A DNA stretch of 64,000 nucleotides from NCBI GenBank assembly GCA_951406725.2, contig OX597815.1, positions 90,396,001 to 90,460,000 of the forward strand, given 5' to 3'. The translations under genes and the position numbers were made by a program. Source of the DNA: Octopus vulgaris. Lineage: Eukaryota. Shown piece after piece: positions 25,422 to 39,696 of the stretch (its first letter is position 1; each line of letters starts with the position of its first letter). Below the pieces are notes generated by a model, which saw only the letters and a list, made by a program, of their open reading frames with translations, was not told the DNA's origin and made no database searches.

Positions 25422-25979
25422 ATGGTTGCATATATATGTGGGTGTACATGCATGTGCTTCATGCGAGTGTGAGTGAGCATATGCATATATAGCATGTGTG
25501 TATTTTAGACGTGTATTTGAATATAATTGTGTGCATATGGGTATGTGCACGTGTGTTCATGTATGCGCGTGTGTACGGATGTGAATATGTGTACATGTAT
25601 GGTTGCATATATATATGCACATATAGGTGTATGTGGGCGTGTGCATGTATGTGTTTCACGCGAGTGTGAGTGAGCATATGCATATAGACACATGAATGTG
25701 GGTGTGCGTGCGCGCATGTGTATGAACATGGCCATACGCGATTTCTATGAACATTTTACTTTTTTACTTTTTCACTTCCTTCCTTCTGTTTTTTCTCCTT
25801 ATTTAACGGTCATTCTAATAGTAGTTTTGTCTTAATAACGGTCAATTACATAGTAATTACCCTTTGTTTAACGCTCATTTTCATTGCATTTTCTGATTGC
25901 CTTGATAATGACAAGATGCCGGAGCAGACTTCCGCCTCGGCATCCGAATGGCAACCGAATAATTGTCCCATATTATATT

Positions 25980-26020
<41 letters not shown>

Positions 26021-26107
26021 GATAGATAGATAGAGATAGAAAGAGAGATATAGATAGATAGATAGATAGATAGATACATACATACATACATACATAGACA
26101 GACAAAC

Positions 26108-26191
<84 letters not shown>

Positions 26192-26835
26192 TTACATATA
26201 GATATAGATGTAAATACTTACAGATATATGTAGACACGCATACGTACATACATGTGTGTGTGTATCTATGTGTGTGTTTATTCACACGAACAGTCAGAAC
26301 AGGATGTAATAAGTGTCTGAAACATAGTTCAACGCAAATAAACACAGTCAGATTATTAAAGAAATTGTATGAATTAGAGAAAGAGATAGCTGAGTTGGGA
26401 AGAAGAGCTGCATTAACATAATGATATAAAATTATTTTGTAAGAGAGGTAGATAGAATTAAAGACCAATTTTGAGATGGTCCTGATACATTTTACGTAAA
26501 TATACTAAGTGCGTCGTGAAGGCGCAAAAAGAAAAACCAATGTAGTAAATACAATGTAAATATTGAAGGTCCGTGACTTACCCAACCATAATGATTCCGC
26601 TAGAATCTGATTCCTATCCAAATATTGATCGACTATCTTCATGGTGGGGGTTCTCAGTCAATAAATAAATACAACTGATTAATGGGGAATCTTAGCTAGA
26701 GTTAAGAAATGCCACAAATATGTCACCTCTCGAGCCAACGTTAGATTTAGGATTTCTTTATAATGTTTTTATTCTTCTGAATAGAAATTAGAAAAGTATT
26801 GACCAAATCGCCTTTACAGTGCCTATACATATCTA

Positions 26836-26985
<150 letters not shown>

Positions 26986-27102
26986 TAAATTAGAGACAAA
27001 ACCACTATTAGGCAAATCAAACAATGAAAGACTTAAGCCAATACATATGATTAATTTATATTATTTAAATATGTAACAATTATTAAAAAATATAATTAAT
27101 AT

Positions 27103-27165
27103 CCACTACGATCGTTTCCTGCCTGCTGTCATCAAATTTTTGAGTCGCAGTCATTCATCAGGTGG
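27103..27165 (-). ncRNA. Type I hammerhead ribozyme in a Penelope-like terminal repeat (about 26980-27220)
   Basis: ccac-CTGATGA-a-tgactgc...gcaggca-g-GAAA-cgatcg-TA^gtgg. Stem III is the palindrome ACGATCGT. The element 3' end abuts the (TA)n that ends near 26980. Confidence 0.75.
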
Positions 27166-27249
27166 TTTCAAAATCTAAAATATAATCAAAATTTTTAAGA
27201 TATAAATAATATATATAATCTAGTGTGTATATATATTTATATATATATC

Positions 27250-27680
27250 CTTTTATCCTTTTACTTGTTCCAGTTCTTCCACTGCAGCTATGCTGGAGCA
27301 CCGCCTTTAGTCGAACAAATCGACCCCAGGACTTATTCTTTGTAAGCCTAGTACTAGTTCTATCGGTGCCTTTTACCGAACTGCTAAGTTACGGCGGCGT
27401 AAACACGCCAACATCGGTTGTTATGCGATGGCTGTGGAACAAACACAGACACACAATTACATATATGCGTGTGTGTATGTATATATGTATTTGTGCGTAT
27501 GCATATATATATACGATACGACGGGCTTCTTTAAGATTCCATCTATCAAATCCAGTCATAAGGCTTTGATCAACATGAGGCTATAAGTAGAAAGACACTT
27601 GCCCAATGTCCCACAGAGTGGGACTGAACCCAGAACCATGTGGTTGGGAAGCAAGTGTCTTACCACGCAGCCACTCCTAC
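27250..27680 (-). mobile_element. tRNA-derived SINE with internal microsatellite and CR1-like tail
   Basis: Head gtaggagtggctgcgtggtaag...gggttcagtcccac; tail ggcggtgctccagcatagctgcag. Confidence 0.8.
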
Positions 27681-29959
27681 ATACATATATATGTACATAT
27701 ATAAATACGTTTATACGTGCTTGCTTGTTTATATACACACTCACATAGACACACAGAACACACACACGCACACATATATTTGTGGATACAGGACATGAAC
27801 ACTTGTATAGATATATGTATATACGCTGATTCATACATGTACATGTGAGATTTTTGCGCTGTGTAATTAATTTACTATGTTTAGTCATAGGGTCATTTAT
27901 GTCATTTCATTCATATGAATCATCGTTTTTTATGCTATATTTAGTAAATGAAGCATACTGGCTTGAAACTCTTTGACTCAAGTTTCTATCGTATAGATTC
28001 ATATTTGCAGGGAAAGGATAAAGCTCTTAATATGAAAAGATGATAAATAACTGATAGAACAATAAATAGCAGCCGGTAATCTTGCAATTCAGATTCCATT
28101 TTTTAATAAATGGAATGATTATAATATTGATGTTGACTTAGTGGCTCTGAAATTATCTACTGAGATTTTTGAATTATTATTTTGACTCGTGGGGAAAAAT
28201 ATCCGGACATACATAATAGTGATTCCTAATTTCCATTAATGTAACTTTTACAAATTGCATTCTAACAATGTTCCCCTATAGTAATTAGAATTCTGTTGTA
28301 AGAGAGCCCCATTAATTAAAATGTGAGTTAAATGTTTGTTGCCTCAAAATCTGTCTTCTTTTGTTTTAAAGAATCATACAGAAAAATATTCAAATGCATA
28401 TTCTAATTTTTCCTATATATTACCAATTATACACACAGCATTTTTTACATTAATGTGATCGACTCAGCTGGGTACGAAACCACTCTTTTTGTTACTAATC
28501 TAACTTACAAGACATGCTGGTTAATTTGCCCTGCATAATTGTGAATTATTTCACTAATATAACATGTATGAGAAGACAAATGGAATATGGCAAAATGGAA
28601 TTCTAGTTAATAACCTAGTAAAAACACTCACACTGCGATGATGTGAGATATTCTAATGAAGGTTATAATACCGATTGCGTGCCAAATTTCGCTCTACATT
28701 CAAATAAAAAGACAATCAATATAAAATTGAATAACATGGTTGAAATTGTTCTCACCAGATCGATATTTTAAAGTATCCAGCTTCGTGCTTTGGTGGCATG
28801 TTTCTTTGGAATTTAAAAAAAAATGCATATTGTCCTCATTTTAAAGAATGTGTAATTTCTGTTCAGAGAAATTTTCCAGCTAATTTCAGCAATCGCTTAA
28901 TCTCTCCTGACAAACCAATCTATCGAGTTTGTTTCTCTTCGTAAATAAAATGCATCATAAAGATCTCCCCATTAAGCAAAATCACCAGGTTAGCGTCACT
29001 CTGTAAATACAGGAAGCATGCTAGCTTCATTTCTGCAAACAATATAACTAAGTTACCTTCCCTCCAACAATGCAAGCTACCAATTTAGCATACATATACA
29101 AACTCTGTTAATTCTTTTACAAGTCTCCCAGCAGAAAAAAATAATTAATCGGGTCATCAAACAGTATTAATAAAGAATTGAAAAACAGCCATAAGAAATC
29201 GATTATATTATGAAGATTGTGAAGAGAACTTCAATGCCGGAGAAAAAAATCGCAAGTTTCAATTCTAGTCACGAAATATATCTTATGAGTAAGAAGTAAT
29301 ACAATGTGGTGTTTCAGAGAATAACACTAACTCGATTATTTCAACTTATTGATTAATTAACTCTTTAGAATGATTATCATATTGAATTATTGATGAGGAA
29401 ATAAGTTTGATTGTAAAAATAGAATAATTACGAAAAACATAATTTGTTGTTTTTTTCCTCACTCTAACTGCAAGGAATAACTTTACTTTTTATTTTGATT
29501 TTATTTTAATTTTAGCTGCATAATTCCTCTCAACGATTTCTAATAATAACAATATATTATATATTCAGAAATATCTAATAGTTTTTCTTGTATTTTTTAG
29601 TGCTTATGTTTGTAAAAAATATGTCTTGCTATGTATTTGCATATATTTGTGAGTCTATGTATTTGCATAGCTTTCTGAGTGACTGTCTACGCGTCTGTAT
29701 GTAAGTATACATACATGTATTTGTGTTTGTGTGTGTGTTTGTGTGTGTAAGAATGCGTTTTTACCATTATGTATGTATAGTAGGTACATGTTTTTTCGAA
29801 AATATATGACATCGCTCCTACGTGAAGTACTGTCCAAGGAATGTTGAAAAACATAACCAACATCTTCAGGATTTTTTTATGTAAGTGCGTGAAAATTTTG
29901 TAGTACTCTCGTTATTGTATTTTTATGCATTCCTTATTATTTTTTTATATGAATTCATT

Positions 29960-30093
<134 letters not shown>

Positions 30094-30233
30094 CAGATAG
30101 ATATATAAATTGATAGATAGACAGATTGATAGATAGGTGCAGACTCACAAAAGATTCATGAATATATGAATATTTATGCATGTGTATGTACGTATATATG
30201 TTTATGTAAATAAATATATATATATATATACGT

Positions 30234-30267
<34 letters not shown>

Positions 30268-30433
30268 CGTGACGTATTTTTGCCATTTCAATATGGCTAA
30301 CCCCTAAGGGTGGATGCTACTGTAGTTTTTAGCCCCAGGAGGACACACTCCTCCAGCTGGCCATAGACACACTTTCTGTGTCCTGTCAGTATTTGCAAAG
30401 GGAAGTCATCCTTCCCGTCTTCAACTTATGATA

Positions 30434-30478
30434 CACACGGACTCGAGTTTCGAGGTATTGACCTCTCGTCAGCGTGTG
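30434..30478 (-). ncRNA. Type I hammerhead ribozyme, canonical core
   Basis: cacacg-CTGACGA-gaggt(caat)acctc-GAAA-ctcgag-TC^cgtgtg. Stem I is 6 bp, stem II is 5 bp, and stem III is the palindrome ACTCGAGT. Confidence 0.9.
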
Positions 30479-30786
30479 ACAATCATAGTTGTCGCCGAGA
30501 GTTAGACCTCCTTCACAAATACTTATACTTTTTCCAGCGCCCACTGTCGCTGATATTGAAAAAGTGAAATCAAACAATGATAAATATCAAAGTGAGTTAT
30601 ATACAGTAGCGGTAACACATCGTGACGTATATTTGCCATTTCAATATGGCTAACCCCTAAGGGTGGATGCTACTGTAGTTTTTAGCCCCAGGAGGACACA
30701 CTCCTCCAGCTGGCCATATACACACTTTCTGTGTCCTGTCAGTATTTGCAAAGGGAAGTCATCTTTCCCGTCTTCAACTTATGATA

Positions 30787-30831
30787 CACACGGACTCGAG
30801 TTTCGAGGTATTGACCTCTCGTCAGCGTGTG
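30787..30831 (-). ncRNA. Type I hammerhead ribozyme, canonical core (second copy)
   Basis: Identical to 30434-30478, 353 bp away. Confidence 0.9.
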
Positions 30832-30950
30832 ACAATCATAGTTGTCGCCGAGAATTAGATCTCCTTCACAAATACTTATATATGTATATACATCTATTTA
30901 TATATATATATATATGTATATACATATATGCGTGTGTGTGCGTATACGTT

Positions 30951-30990
<40 letters not shown>

Positions 30991-32128
30991 CTCTTGTTCT
31001 GTTTCGTCCATTTTCTATGGACTAAAGGGATGACACGTGGGATGGAAAATCGCTGACGAGGTCATAGTTCTATGACGAAAAATTTCAAGACAATAGATAT
31101 AAAATTAGAACAGTAATAAACTAGTGAAGAATGAATATATAGTGTGTGTGTGTGTGTGTGTTTCTTTTTCGAACAAACCAACAAAATAACCGAGACGATA
31201 AATTATATCATGTTTTTTATTAGTATGTATATTTCTCTGCACAATTTTGTCAAGCCATAATTTTGCTATCTTTTGGATCACTTGGGCCGTACATCTGATT
31301 GAATCAATATACGAAGCTGTATTAGTGTTTTCGTGTTGTTTTATATATGCACATGCATGTGGGACAGAGGGGGAAAGAAAAAACAGAGAGTAGTGTGTGT
31401 ATGTTTGTGTGTGTGTGTGTGTGTTTACAATGGAAGACAAAAAGTAAATACAACCGTGCACAAGACACCACGAGAATAACGATACGAATGTCAGAAACCA
31501 AGGACATCGTATAAATATTAAGATGAAGATCAATGAGGGGCAACAAATTACAAATGTCATTAATATTTTGAACTTAAGTTCATCTTCTGAAACGCAAAGA
31601 GGTGAAAGTGTCGAGAAGAACAAAAACGGGTGTAAGAGAGAAATATATGCAAACCCGTTAGGTGATACTTGAAAAGGATAGCATGCATTTCTTTAAGATA
31701 ACTGAAAGTGAAAGAGAAGGTATAATGTTTAATACCTGTATGTGTAACATAATGAATAACGCGCGAGTATGAGTACACGTGTGTATATATGCATGTGTGT
31801 GTTTGTGCTATTAGTGTATATGACTAAATATTTGAGATTTAGTGTGTGCACATAGTGACACCAGAATGCAGAAAATAGTATATATGTATGCATTGCTACG
31901 TTGAGTGTATTTGCATGCACATTTCTCTGCATATTTATGTATGTCGTTATTGTGGTTGTGTATCTCGTTGCCTTATTTTATAATATTGGTTTGTTGCTTT
32001 TGAACACTGGTCATATATTTCTAGTACATCGTGGCAGCACCAAGCAGTTATATGTATAAATGCAATATTATTACCAATTCTGTATACTTGGGGCATGATC
32101 GAACTAGTAAGCAAGCTATTCAATGAGT

Positions 32129-32584
32129 TTTGTTATGGAGAAAATTTCTCGCTTTAGACAAATGGCGTAAATACACCAAAGTCAGCTGACAACGCCATCA
32201 ACCCAGACTGTGTGGTGAAAGCATTTCGGAGAACTTATCTCCTCTTCAGTTACTGGAACGGAACAGGATACGCTGCAAGCTGGCAATGGAAATCGTTTCT
32301 CTTGTATCCCAGTCATTGTACAATGACTGGTAGCGCATTTATACATTTCAGTGCTTAACGCTGCCTCCGCCCAATTTGTTTACGGTGAGCCGCCGATTAT
32401 CGCTATCAGTCATTGTACGATGACTGGGATGTCATAAAGGGAACAATCTCGCTGCACACCCTGTCTAGTTTCTGTGACTGAAATGTGATAACCTCACTTA
32501 AATGCTTGCATCTCACAGTCTGGGTAGGTGGCGTTGGTGTATTTACACTATTTGTCTACAAAAAGAAAATTCCTCCATGACAAA
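32129..32584. mobile_element. MITE/foldback element with long imperfect TIRs and internal palindromes
   Basis: tttgttatggag...tagacaaatggcgtaaatacaccaa...acccagactgtg is mirrored at 32514-32584. An inner inverted pair lies at 32306-32335 / 32401-32430. Confidence 0.75.
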
Positions 32585-34083
32585 TGACAGTGAATGGCTT
32601 TCTTACTGGTTTGAACATACCCCAAGCATATTTAACTGGTAATAATCTTGCATTTCTAGTATACTTTGGTTTGGGAAGTTCGTCGATATTCGCGTTTTCT
32701 GGAACTTTCATTGTGGACTTTCTGAACAAGTCCATCTACCTCAAATATACCTCTGTTTCAAGTGATTGTGAAGTTGCGTTGTCTTTGAACTTCGATTACA
32801 TATTCAAATTTCCCCTAGTACATTAGGTTAAATTTCCTATCTTCAAAAAATAGTCTGCATCGTTTCATTACCTCTAATTAGCTAGATGCGTGGACATTTC
32901 ACGGTATAGGCAACCTCTACAACATTTTTGGTATATATTATATTTCAAAAATAATTTCCGCCGCTAGGAAATAGATTGCCCTGAAAGCATTATTTCAACG
33001 CAGAGCAACACGTGAACTGCAATAAAGCTTCTCCGTTACATACATTACTGTAAGATGAATACATGGAATTCTTTTCTTGTGAAAATTTGTTTATGAAGTT
33101 TCACTGCAGCGAGATCAATTTCTGTTCACGCATATCTCTTTCATTAACTGCTGCTCATGAGCGGAATGGTTCAAATGAAAAGCAACAACTGGTTTGGTTT
33201 ATTAAACATGAATGCAATAATTTAATATGTGTGTGCGTGTGTGTGTATGTGTGCATATGTATGTACACTCACACACACATTTATATATATATATATAATT
33301 TTAAAATATAAAGAAATATATACATTCACTTCAACACGCTAGTTTTAAAATTGCAAACTACAAATGAATACATTGCACAGAAACGCTACACTAAATATAT
33401 GGTGTAAATATGGTGCAGAAAAATATGGTATACAGACACAAAAACCAGAAAGTTTTTATGTCATAATAATCCATTATAGTTATTCAAGCGAAGCTGCCAA
33501 TATAAAGGTTAGCTAGAAAATTAGAAGCAATCTAATGATTCACAATTAACTAAAGAAATGTACATACATATATATTTCTAAACATTTTCTCAGTTTTTGC
33601 TCTAAGGAATTTGCACGTCCACATGCCACTCCAACAATAATTTACGCTGGTGCGTAATATTTCTCAATTTATATCAATCTAATCAGAGTTTCGTGTGTAC
33701 ACACAATGAAAGAAATGGCGACGGTGTAACCTTACTGGGTTTGTTCGTTTAAACCTACTTATTTCTACATATCGTATGTTCGTATACGTATAATGATGCC
33801 ACAGTGGAAATACACGTTATTCATCCAATAACTGGGTTTTGCAGGGTCATCATTATAATTACGTTGTGGTAAATAGTTCTATTTTATAGTTACGTCTAGC
33901 CATAGCAACGCCGGGACCATGCGCAAATGCTTTCCTTTGAATGTGAACGCTAACGGACACAAGAGATAAGGAATTCTTCTAGTTCATATATTTGCTATAT
34001 TATAATCTAAGGGTATTCATTTGTCTTCATAAAAGTCAAGATATACCTTTGCTTAAGAATGGACTAAATAAAGGCTTTGTTTA

Positions 34084-35209
34084 TCTCTCTCTATATAAAC
34101 GGCAGTTTGTGTGTCTGTGTGTCTGTGTGTCTGTCAGGTTGTACCCTCACCCTGACCACGGCTTTCAACCGATTCTGGGGAAACTTGACACACACATAGC
34201 CCAATGTTATAATTCAAAACTAACGTAGCGACAAGTTTGAAAAGTTCCCCCAGTTCTGAAAAAAATTGATAAATTCGACATGGGGTCGAGAATCTAAGGT
34301 TTTTATATGCAACACATTTTCTGTTGTAGTTTTCGCAACTTGCAATCGAGTTTAACCAAACTCATGGTGAAGCTTAATGTTACCCTAAGAAACTTAATTC
34401 TGACGTTAGTTTTCCATGCAATACCTTACCATCAGAAAAAAATCAATTAAATCATGCCATTTTGGGAAATCGCGTTCAAATTCAAGATGACATATTTTCG
34501 ACATCTTTCACAAATTGGCAGCGAGCATCATGTCTGCTCCAAGGAGCTATATGGCCCTTTTCATTCCAATAGGAGACTTTATTACTGGAAAAAAATCGGT
34601 TAATTAAATCATATGTGGCACACATAGCAAACCGATTTGTGTATTAAACACAAACCACAGACTGTCTGGGGGACGCAACTCGACATTTTTAACTTTTGGA
34701 ACACGTGCGGTAAGTATCCCAAAATGTATAAAAATGTACAAAAATGGCAAAAAAAGCGGGCAGCAATGTGAGTGACAACAACGAAAAAGTCAAAAGTGAA
34801 CAAACGAATGGAAAAGGTTTTTTGGTGCACACGACAAAAGCGGTTTATAATAAACCAAGAGTTTGTAAGTAGCGTCCGAGGACCCTTAGGGTACGTCAAA
34901 AATTGAAGGTAAAACGTTTGGGGTGGTAGTTATAGAGAACGTTTAAACAAAAAAAGTATTCGAATAACTTGCAGCTGCAGCAGCTATTTGCAGAAGTTGG
35001 GGGTAAAGTCTCGAATGTAATTTCTTCCTGGTAGGAATTGGTTGGGTTGAATTATCGATAGCTGTTTGATAGTTATTTTATGAGTGAAGAGAAGACATTG
35101 CAACCTACACATGCGCCTTCGTTCACTAGAAGGAAAGGACTAGATTGGGATTAGTCGTTGCCTACTAGGGGCTCTTACATACCCGGGCAACGCCGGGCTA
35201 TGCTGCTAG
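34084..35209 (+). mobile_element. Non-autonomous Helitron
   Basis: 5' end is A^TCtctctctatataaa followed by tgtctgtg repeats. 3' end is hairpin cccgg(gcaacg)ccggg (35182-35197) then CTAG^T (35206-35209). It sits between A and T with no TSD. Confidence 0.8.
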
Positions 35210-35339
35210 TATTATATATTTTTGATATTTTTTTTTATTTCCATTCATTTACTTTTTTGGTTAATTTTGTATTTTATACTTATGATTTTTAATTCGATTA
35301 ATTTAATTTTGGCAATTATTTTTTTATCATTTGTATAGC

Positions 35340-37840
35340 TTTATATTTCCGCCCCCGAGCAGAACGCCACTATAAGGTTTCATTGGTCCCAACCATCCCG
35401 TCTAGTATGAAGACAAAATACTACATGACTTTCGTCTGATATTCTACTGTCCAAGATCCCAAATGAATCTACACCACGGCAAGAATTCCAAAATTGAACA
35501 ACAATATGAAACTTACGCTTTTATCAAATTCCAATCACATGATAATGGTTACATCTTTTAGGCTGAAACGCATAAAACACCGTTAATTTTATAGTGTGGT
35601 GTCCATAGTTGGGAGCAATATTCTAAATGGTTAAGAGTTTATACCCTCCAAAGGACTGTTATGGTTTCTTGCTGTCTCGTTCTGAAAGTTCTAAGTAGCC
35701 ATCGTGCCAGCATCTTATATTCTATTGCCAACTCAGAAATATACACTTTGAAAGAATTATCACCAATCATATTAATGCCTTGGTTCCGTACTTAGTTTAC
35801 TTCAGGGATTGCACTCGCTCCTGTTCCAGTGTATCCTTCCTGCATTTCAATCGTATTCATTGCATGTAGCACAGGGTTTGGAATTTTTCAGCATTAAACT
35901 GCACTTCAGTTATCGCAAGAGAGAGCTCAGTGGGGCACCACTCATTATTTATGCTTCGTTGGGAGTAGCCCTGTTAGCTGCTACTACCTGATTTCTATCC
36001 TTTAAGAAGTCGTGTAGCCACCCCTCAAGTTTTCCGACTACTTCGCTTATGGTATCGTCACAAGATGGACGACTTTATCAAAGGATTTTGCAAAGTCGAG
36101 ATATATCACACCCACGTTTGCGTTGTTGAGCACCTGCTTCAACACTCACTCATAGTGCTGAAAGAGCTGTATCAAGCTACATCTAGCTGGTCGAAAACCA
36201 TGTTGGGTGTCAGTCAGCAAGTCATTCTCTTCAAAGAACGCAATTAGTTTCTTTTGTTCCATGACTATTTGTCCCATGACGTTGCTGACGTCAGAGAGAT
36301 AGGCCTATAGTTTTTAGCATCTGCTCTGCTTTCTCCTTTACGGATAGGACATATCATTACCTCCTTTAATTTGCCTGGAAGTTTATCACTTGCTATGAAG
36401 CTTCGAAAAAGAAGCTGCAGTGGTTTTGCAAGGGCTTTTTTTTGCATGATTTGAGAAGGATTACCGGGAATCCACCCGGGCAGATTTTTTGCAGTCTCCT
36501 ACAGTGTTGTTTTGAGGCGAGACTTTCCATTGCCACTGGATTCTCTGTCTAACAGGTTTCCAAATTTTATACGCCGTCTCATAAGAACTTACGTCTCCTT
36601 GGGAATTTTGTTCTTATGTACAGTGATTTTTCTATTTGGGACAATGGTTTTTAATGCGAACATAAATTCCTTGGGTTTCCTGTCGGTGTCAGGTGTGTAG
36701 AGACATTGAAGCCAGTGCTGTCTGGTGATCTCTTTCTTAATCGATTTCCATTCTGCTTTACGGAAGTTCAGATTCAGTAGATTTTGGGTACTTTTCATTA
36801 GACTGCATGTCAATGAATTCCTTTGGCCCACACATGGTTAGTCGTATTATATTGTGATCAGGAGACTGGCGTCGGTGTTACTTTTACATTATAAGTGACC
36901 ATATTGTTTGTAAAGTAGAGATCAAGAAGATTAATTGCCCGGTTAGTTGGTTTGACTAATACTTGCGCCATGTAAACGTGTGGACGAGGTTGAACAGGTA
37001 TTCGACCTGCCTTTCTTCGCATCACAACATTCCAGAGAGGAATATGCCCTCAGGTCATCCTATGTTGGGGAGGTTGAGATCTCCCACTGATGTGTTATTC
37101 CAAATTGCAAAGAATTCTTCAAGTAGGCCCTTGTGATTTGGAGCATCATGTAGACAATAAATAGTACATATAACTATATCTAGTTGCCTTTTATTTACAA
37201 TTTGTGTGCTACACATCGAGTTTGAGTATCCCAAAGGGACCTGGTACGTGTGTTTTTCACGGAAATATATAGCAACTCCACTATGACTCGTGTCTTTGCT
37301 GTCGTTTTCAAGCGTTGATATATGTATATCTAAATATACGAAGTCGCGTTTTAGCTGCGTTTCGGTGACTGTTATGGAAAAAGATTGATTCTTTGGCACA
37401 AGGTTTCTCCTGAAGATAATTTTGGTTCTGTTACTGAGTTGTAACTGTCCTCTATTGTTTATTAGGGATATCGATGTGACATCTGTGCTGTTGCCAGTGA
37501 TGGTTACTTTGGATCCATTCATTGTGGTGTTCTTGAATGGAAGTGGGGATGGCACCGACTCTGAAATTGACGTGGTCAGGTCGGTTGCTGAACAAGATTT
37601 TGTGCCATGCATACAAAAGATTGTTGTTCAATTGAAGTCTGTATCACGGCATCGTGATCGATCTGGCTGTTGTAATTGGTGCACACTACATCATCATATT
37701 TTCATTTTGGTGGATATGATCTGCGATGTTTTACCTTTGGGATATTTCTTTATTCTTTGATCTCTTTGGATGGAAGTTTGTCTTACCTTATGTAGCGCTG
37801 GCACGATTGTGTGTGGTAATCTGTTGACTCCATGACAGCA
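35340..37840 (-). mobile_element. Degenerate CR1-like LINE (5' region, APE and RT remnants)
   Basis: SGVAIY, GDLNLPNI, NLNFRKAEWKSI, LAKPLQLLF...ICPIRKGESRADAKNYRPISLTS and VIYLDFAK, with many deletions. Confidence 0.8.
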
Positions 37841-37934
37841 GACGAGATATGCTTACATTCATACATACATACATACATACATACATACATACATACATAC
37901 ATACATACAAGCATACATACATATATAAGTCTTA

Positions 37935-38672
37935 AGTGATCCCACTGATATTGTCGTAAGGGGTGAGAAAGAAGTTGATCCTCAACATATAGTCACAGGC
38001 ATAACCTTTACGGCTTCAGACATAATAGCAGCAAATAAATGAGGTCAGAGACTACCGCCGTAGACCCTGATAGATTCCCCGCTAGTCTCCTGAAGAAATG
38101 TAGACACGAACTTGCAGTCCCTCTAACCAACCTCCGGAGAAATTCTTTAGATTCAGATTATACACCGAAACCGCTCTTATTCCAGTCTGTCATCCCGGTT
38201 TCCAAACATGGAAACAGATCCCTTTATGTCAACTATCGCCCAATCTTACTCACCTCTCGTATCATTTACGTGTTTGAAAGAGTGGTGAGATCAAGTATAG
38301 CTGGCTTCCTGGAGAGCTACAAATCGCCTAAATTCAATTCAGGATAGCTTTCACTGCGGCAAGGAACGTCTAACACGGCTCTTACACCACATCGATGCAA
38401 CACAATTTCTTTTTTTACACTATTTAACGTTGTCCCGAGACAGATCAAAGAGGAAAAAACACATCACCTTTACACAGAATCTGGACGAACTTCTTCAAGG
38501 AATATCCGATAAGCTACCTATACTTGGATACAACTTACTCAACAAGAACTCCTTATGCCAAAGGAGCATGGTACTACAAAAGTTGACATTTAAAGGATTT
38601 AGCTAATCCTATCAGGTGGTGCTATTATATAAGACATGCTCTGGACTAATCTTAGATTGAAACATATCTAAG
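37935..38672 (+). mobile_element. CR1-like LINE fragments (family of 15325-17660)
   Basis: DPDRFPASLLKKCRHELAVPL...NYRPILLTSRIIYVFERVVRS. The 3' UTR aatcctatcaggtggtgctatt...aaacatatct matches 17578-17642. Confidence 0.8.
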
Positions 38673-38694
38673 TTATCTATCTATGTATCTATGT

Positions 38695-38749
<55 letters not shown>

Positions 38750-38919
38750 GTAAAACTGACTTGGAAGAGGATGCGAGGCGTTCGATCATATAATAATATA
38801 AATAATATATAAATATATGCATATAGATACATACATCTTGCTTTGTGTATTCGTTTCTAATTGTTTTCAACGTTTTGTTTTATGTCCTGTACCCATATAT
38901 GCATTTATATATTCATATA

Positions 38920-38968
<49 letters not shown>

Positions 38969-38976
38969 GTATATAC

Positions 38977-39031
<55 letters not shown>

Positions 39032-39634
39032 AATATATATACATATACTTATATATGCACACACAAACACACGTATATATATATATTTCTCATCAAACGT
39101 CACACAGGAAGCTAATAAATCACTGATAATCAGGTTTTCTACCAGTTAAATTTTAGCAATATTAAAAAGAAATATTTGATGGAAGAAGAAAATTCGTTTC
39201 TGTGTCAAATGTTGCTGCTCCTTGCGAAAATATTTATCTTCGTTTTGTATTTTTTGTATAGTTCTTTTGCAATGCTTTCTGTATTCATATTGAGAGAAAT
39301 ATATTACTTCACAACAAAACAGTTCTAAATTTTACATCAGTAAATCTTGTTGAATTCGAAAATATATTATAATTTTTATAAACGAAAACAGAAAAATAAA
39401 TTAATAGTTTAACATTGGTATAAAACTTCTCGACATGAAAAATATTGAAAGGTTTCTTTGAATAAAGAAATATTCAACTGAAGCAATATTGAATTTATAG
39501 AAAATGTTTACTAACACATAGACTTATCATGTATGCACAAACACTCACACGCCCACACCCCCACAGACGCACACACAAGCACACACACATACAAGCGCTC
39601 ATATATATAAATAGTGAATACATGCATATATTAC

Positions 39635-39696
<62 letters not shown>

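Larger units (their letters stand above)
30266..30880 (-). mobile_element. Retrozyme-like tandem array of 353-bp units (about 1.74 units) flanked by TA-rich microsatellite
   Basis: atcgtgacgta occurs at 30266 and 30619. The copies are near identical, there is no real ORF, and each unit has one canonical HHR. Confidence 0.88.

Noticed and set aside
37055-37612. 185-aa ORF as a host gene
   Set aside because: It is part of the decayed CR1-like APE region (SGVAIY, GDLNLP).
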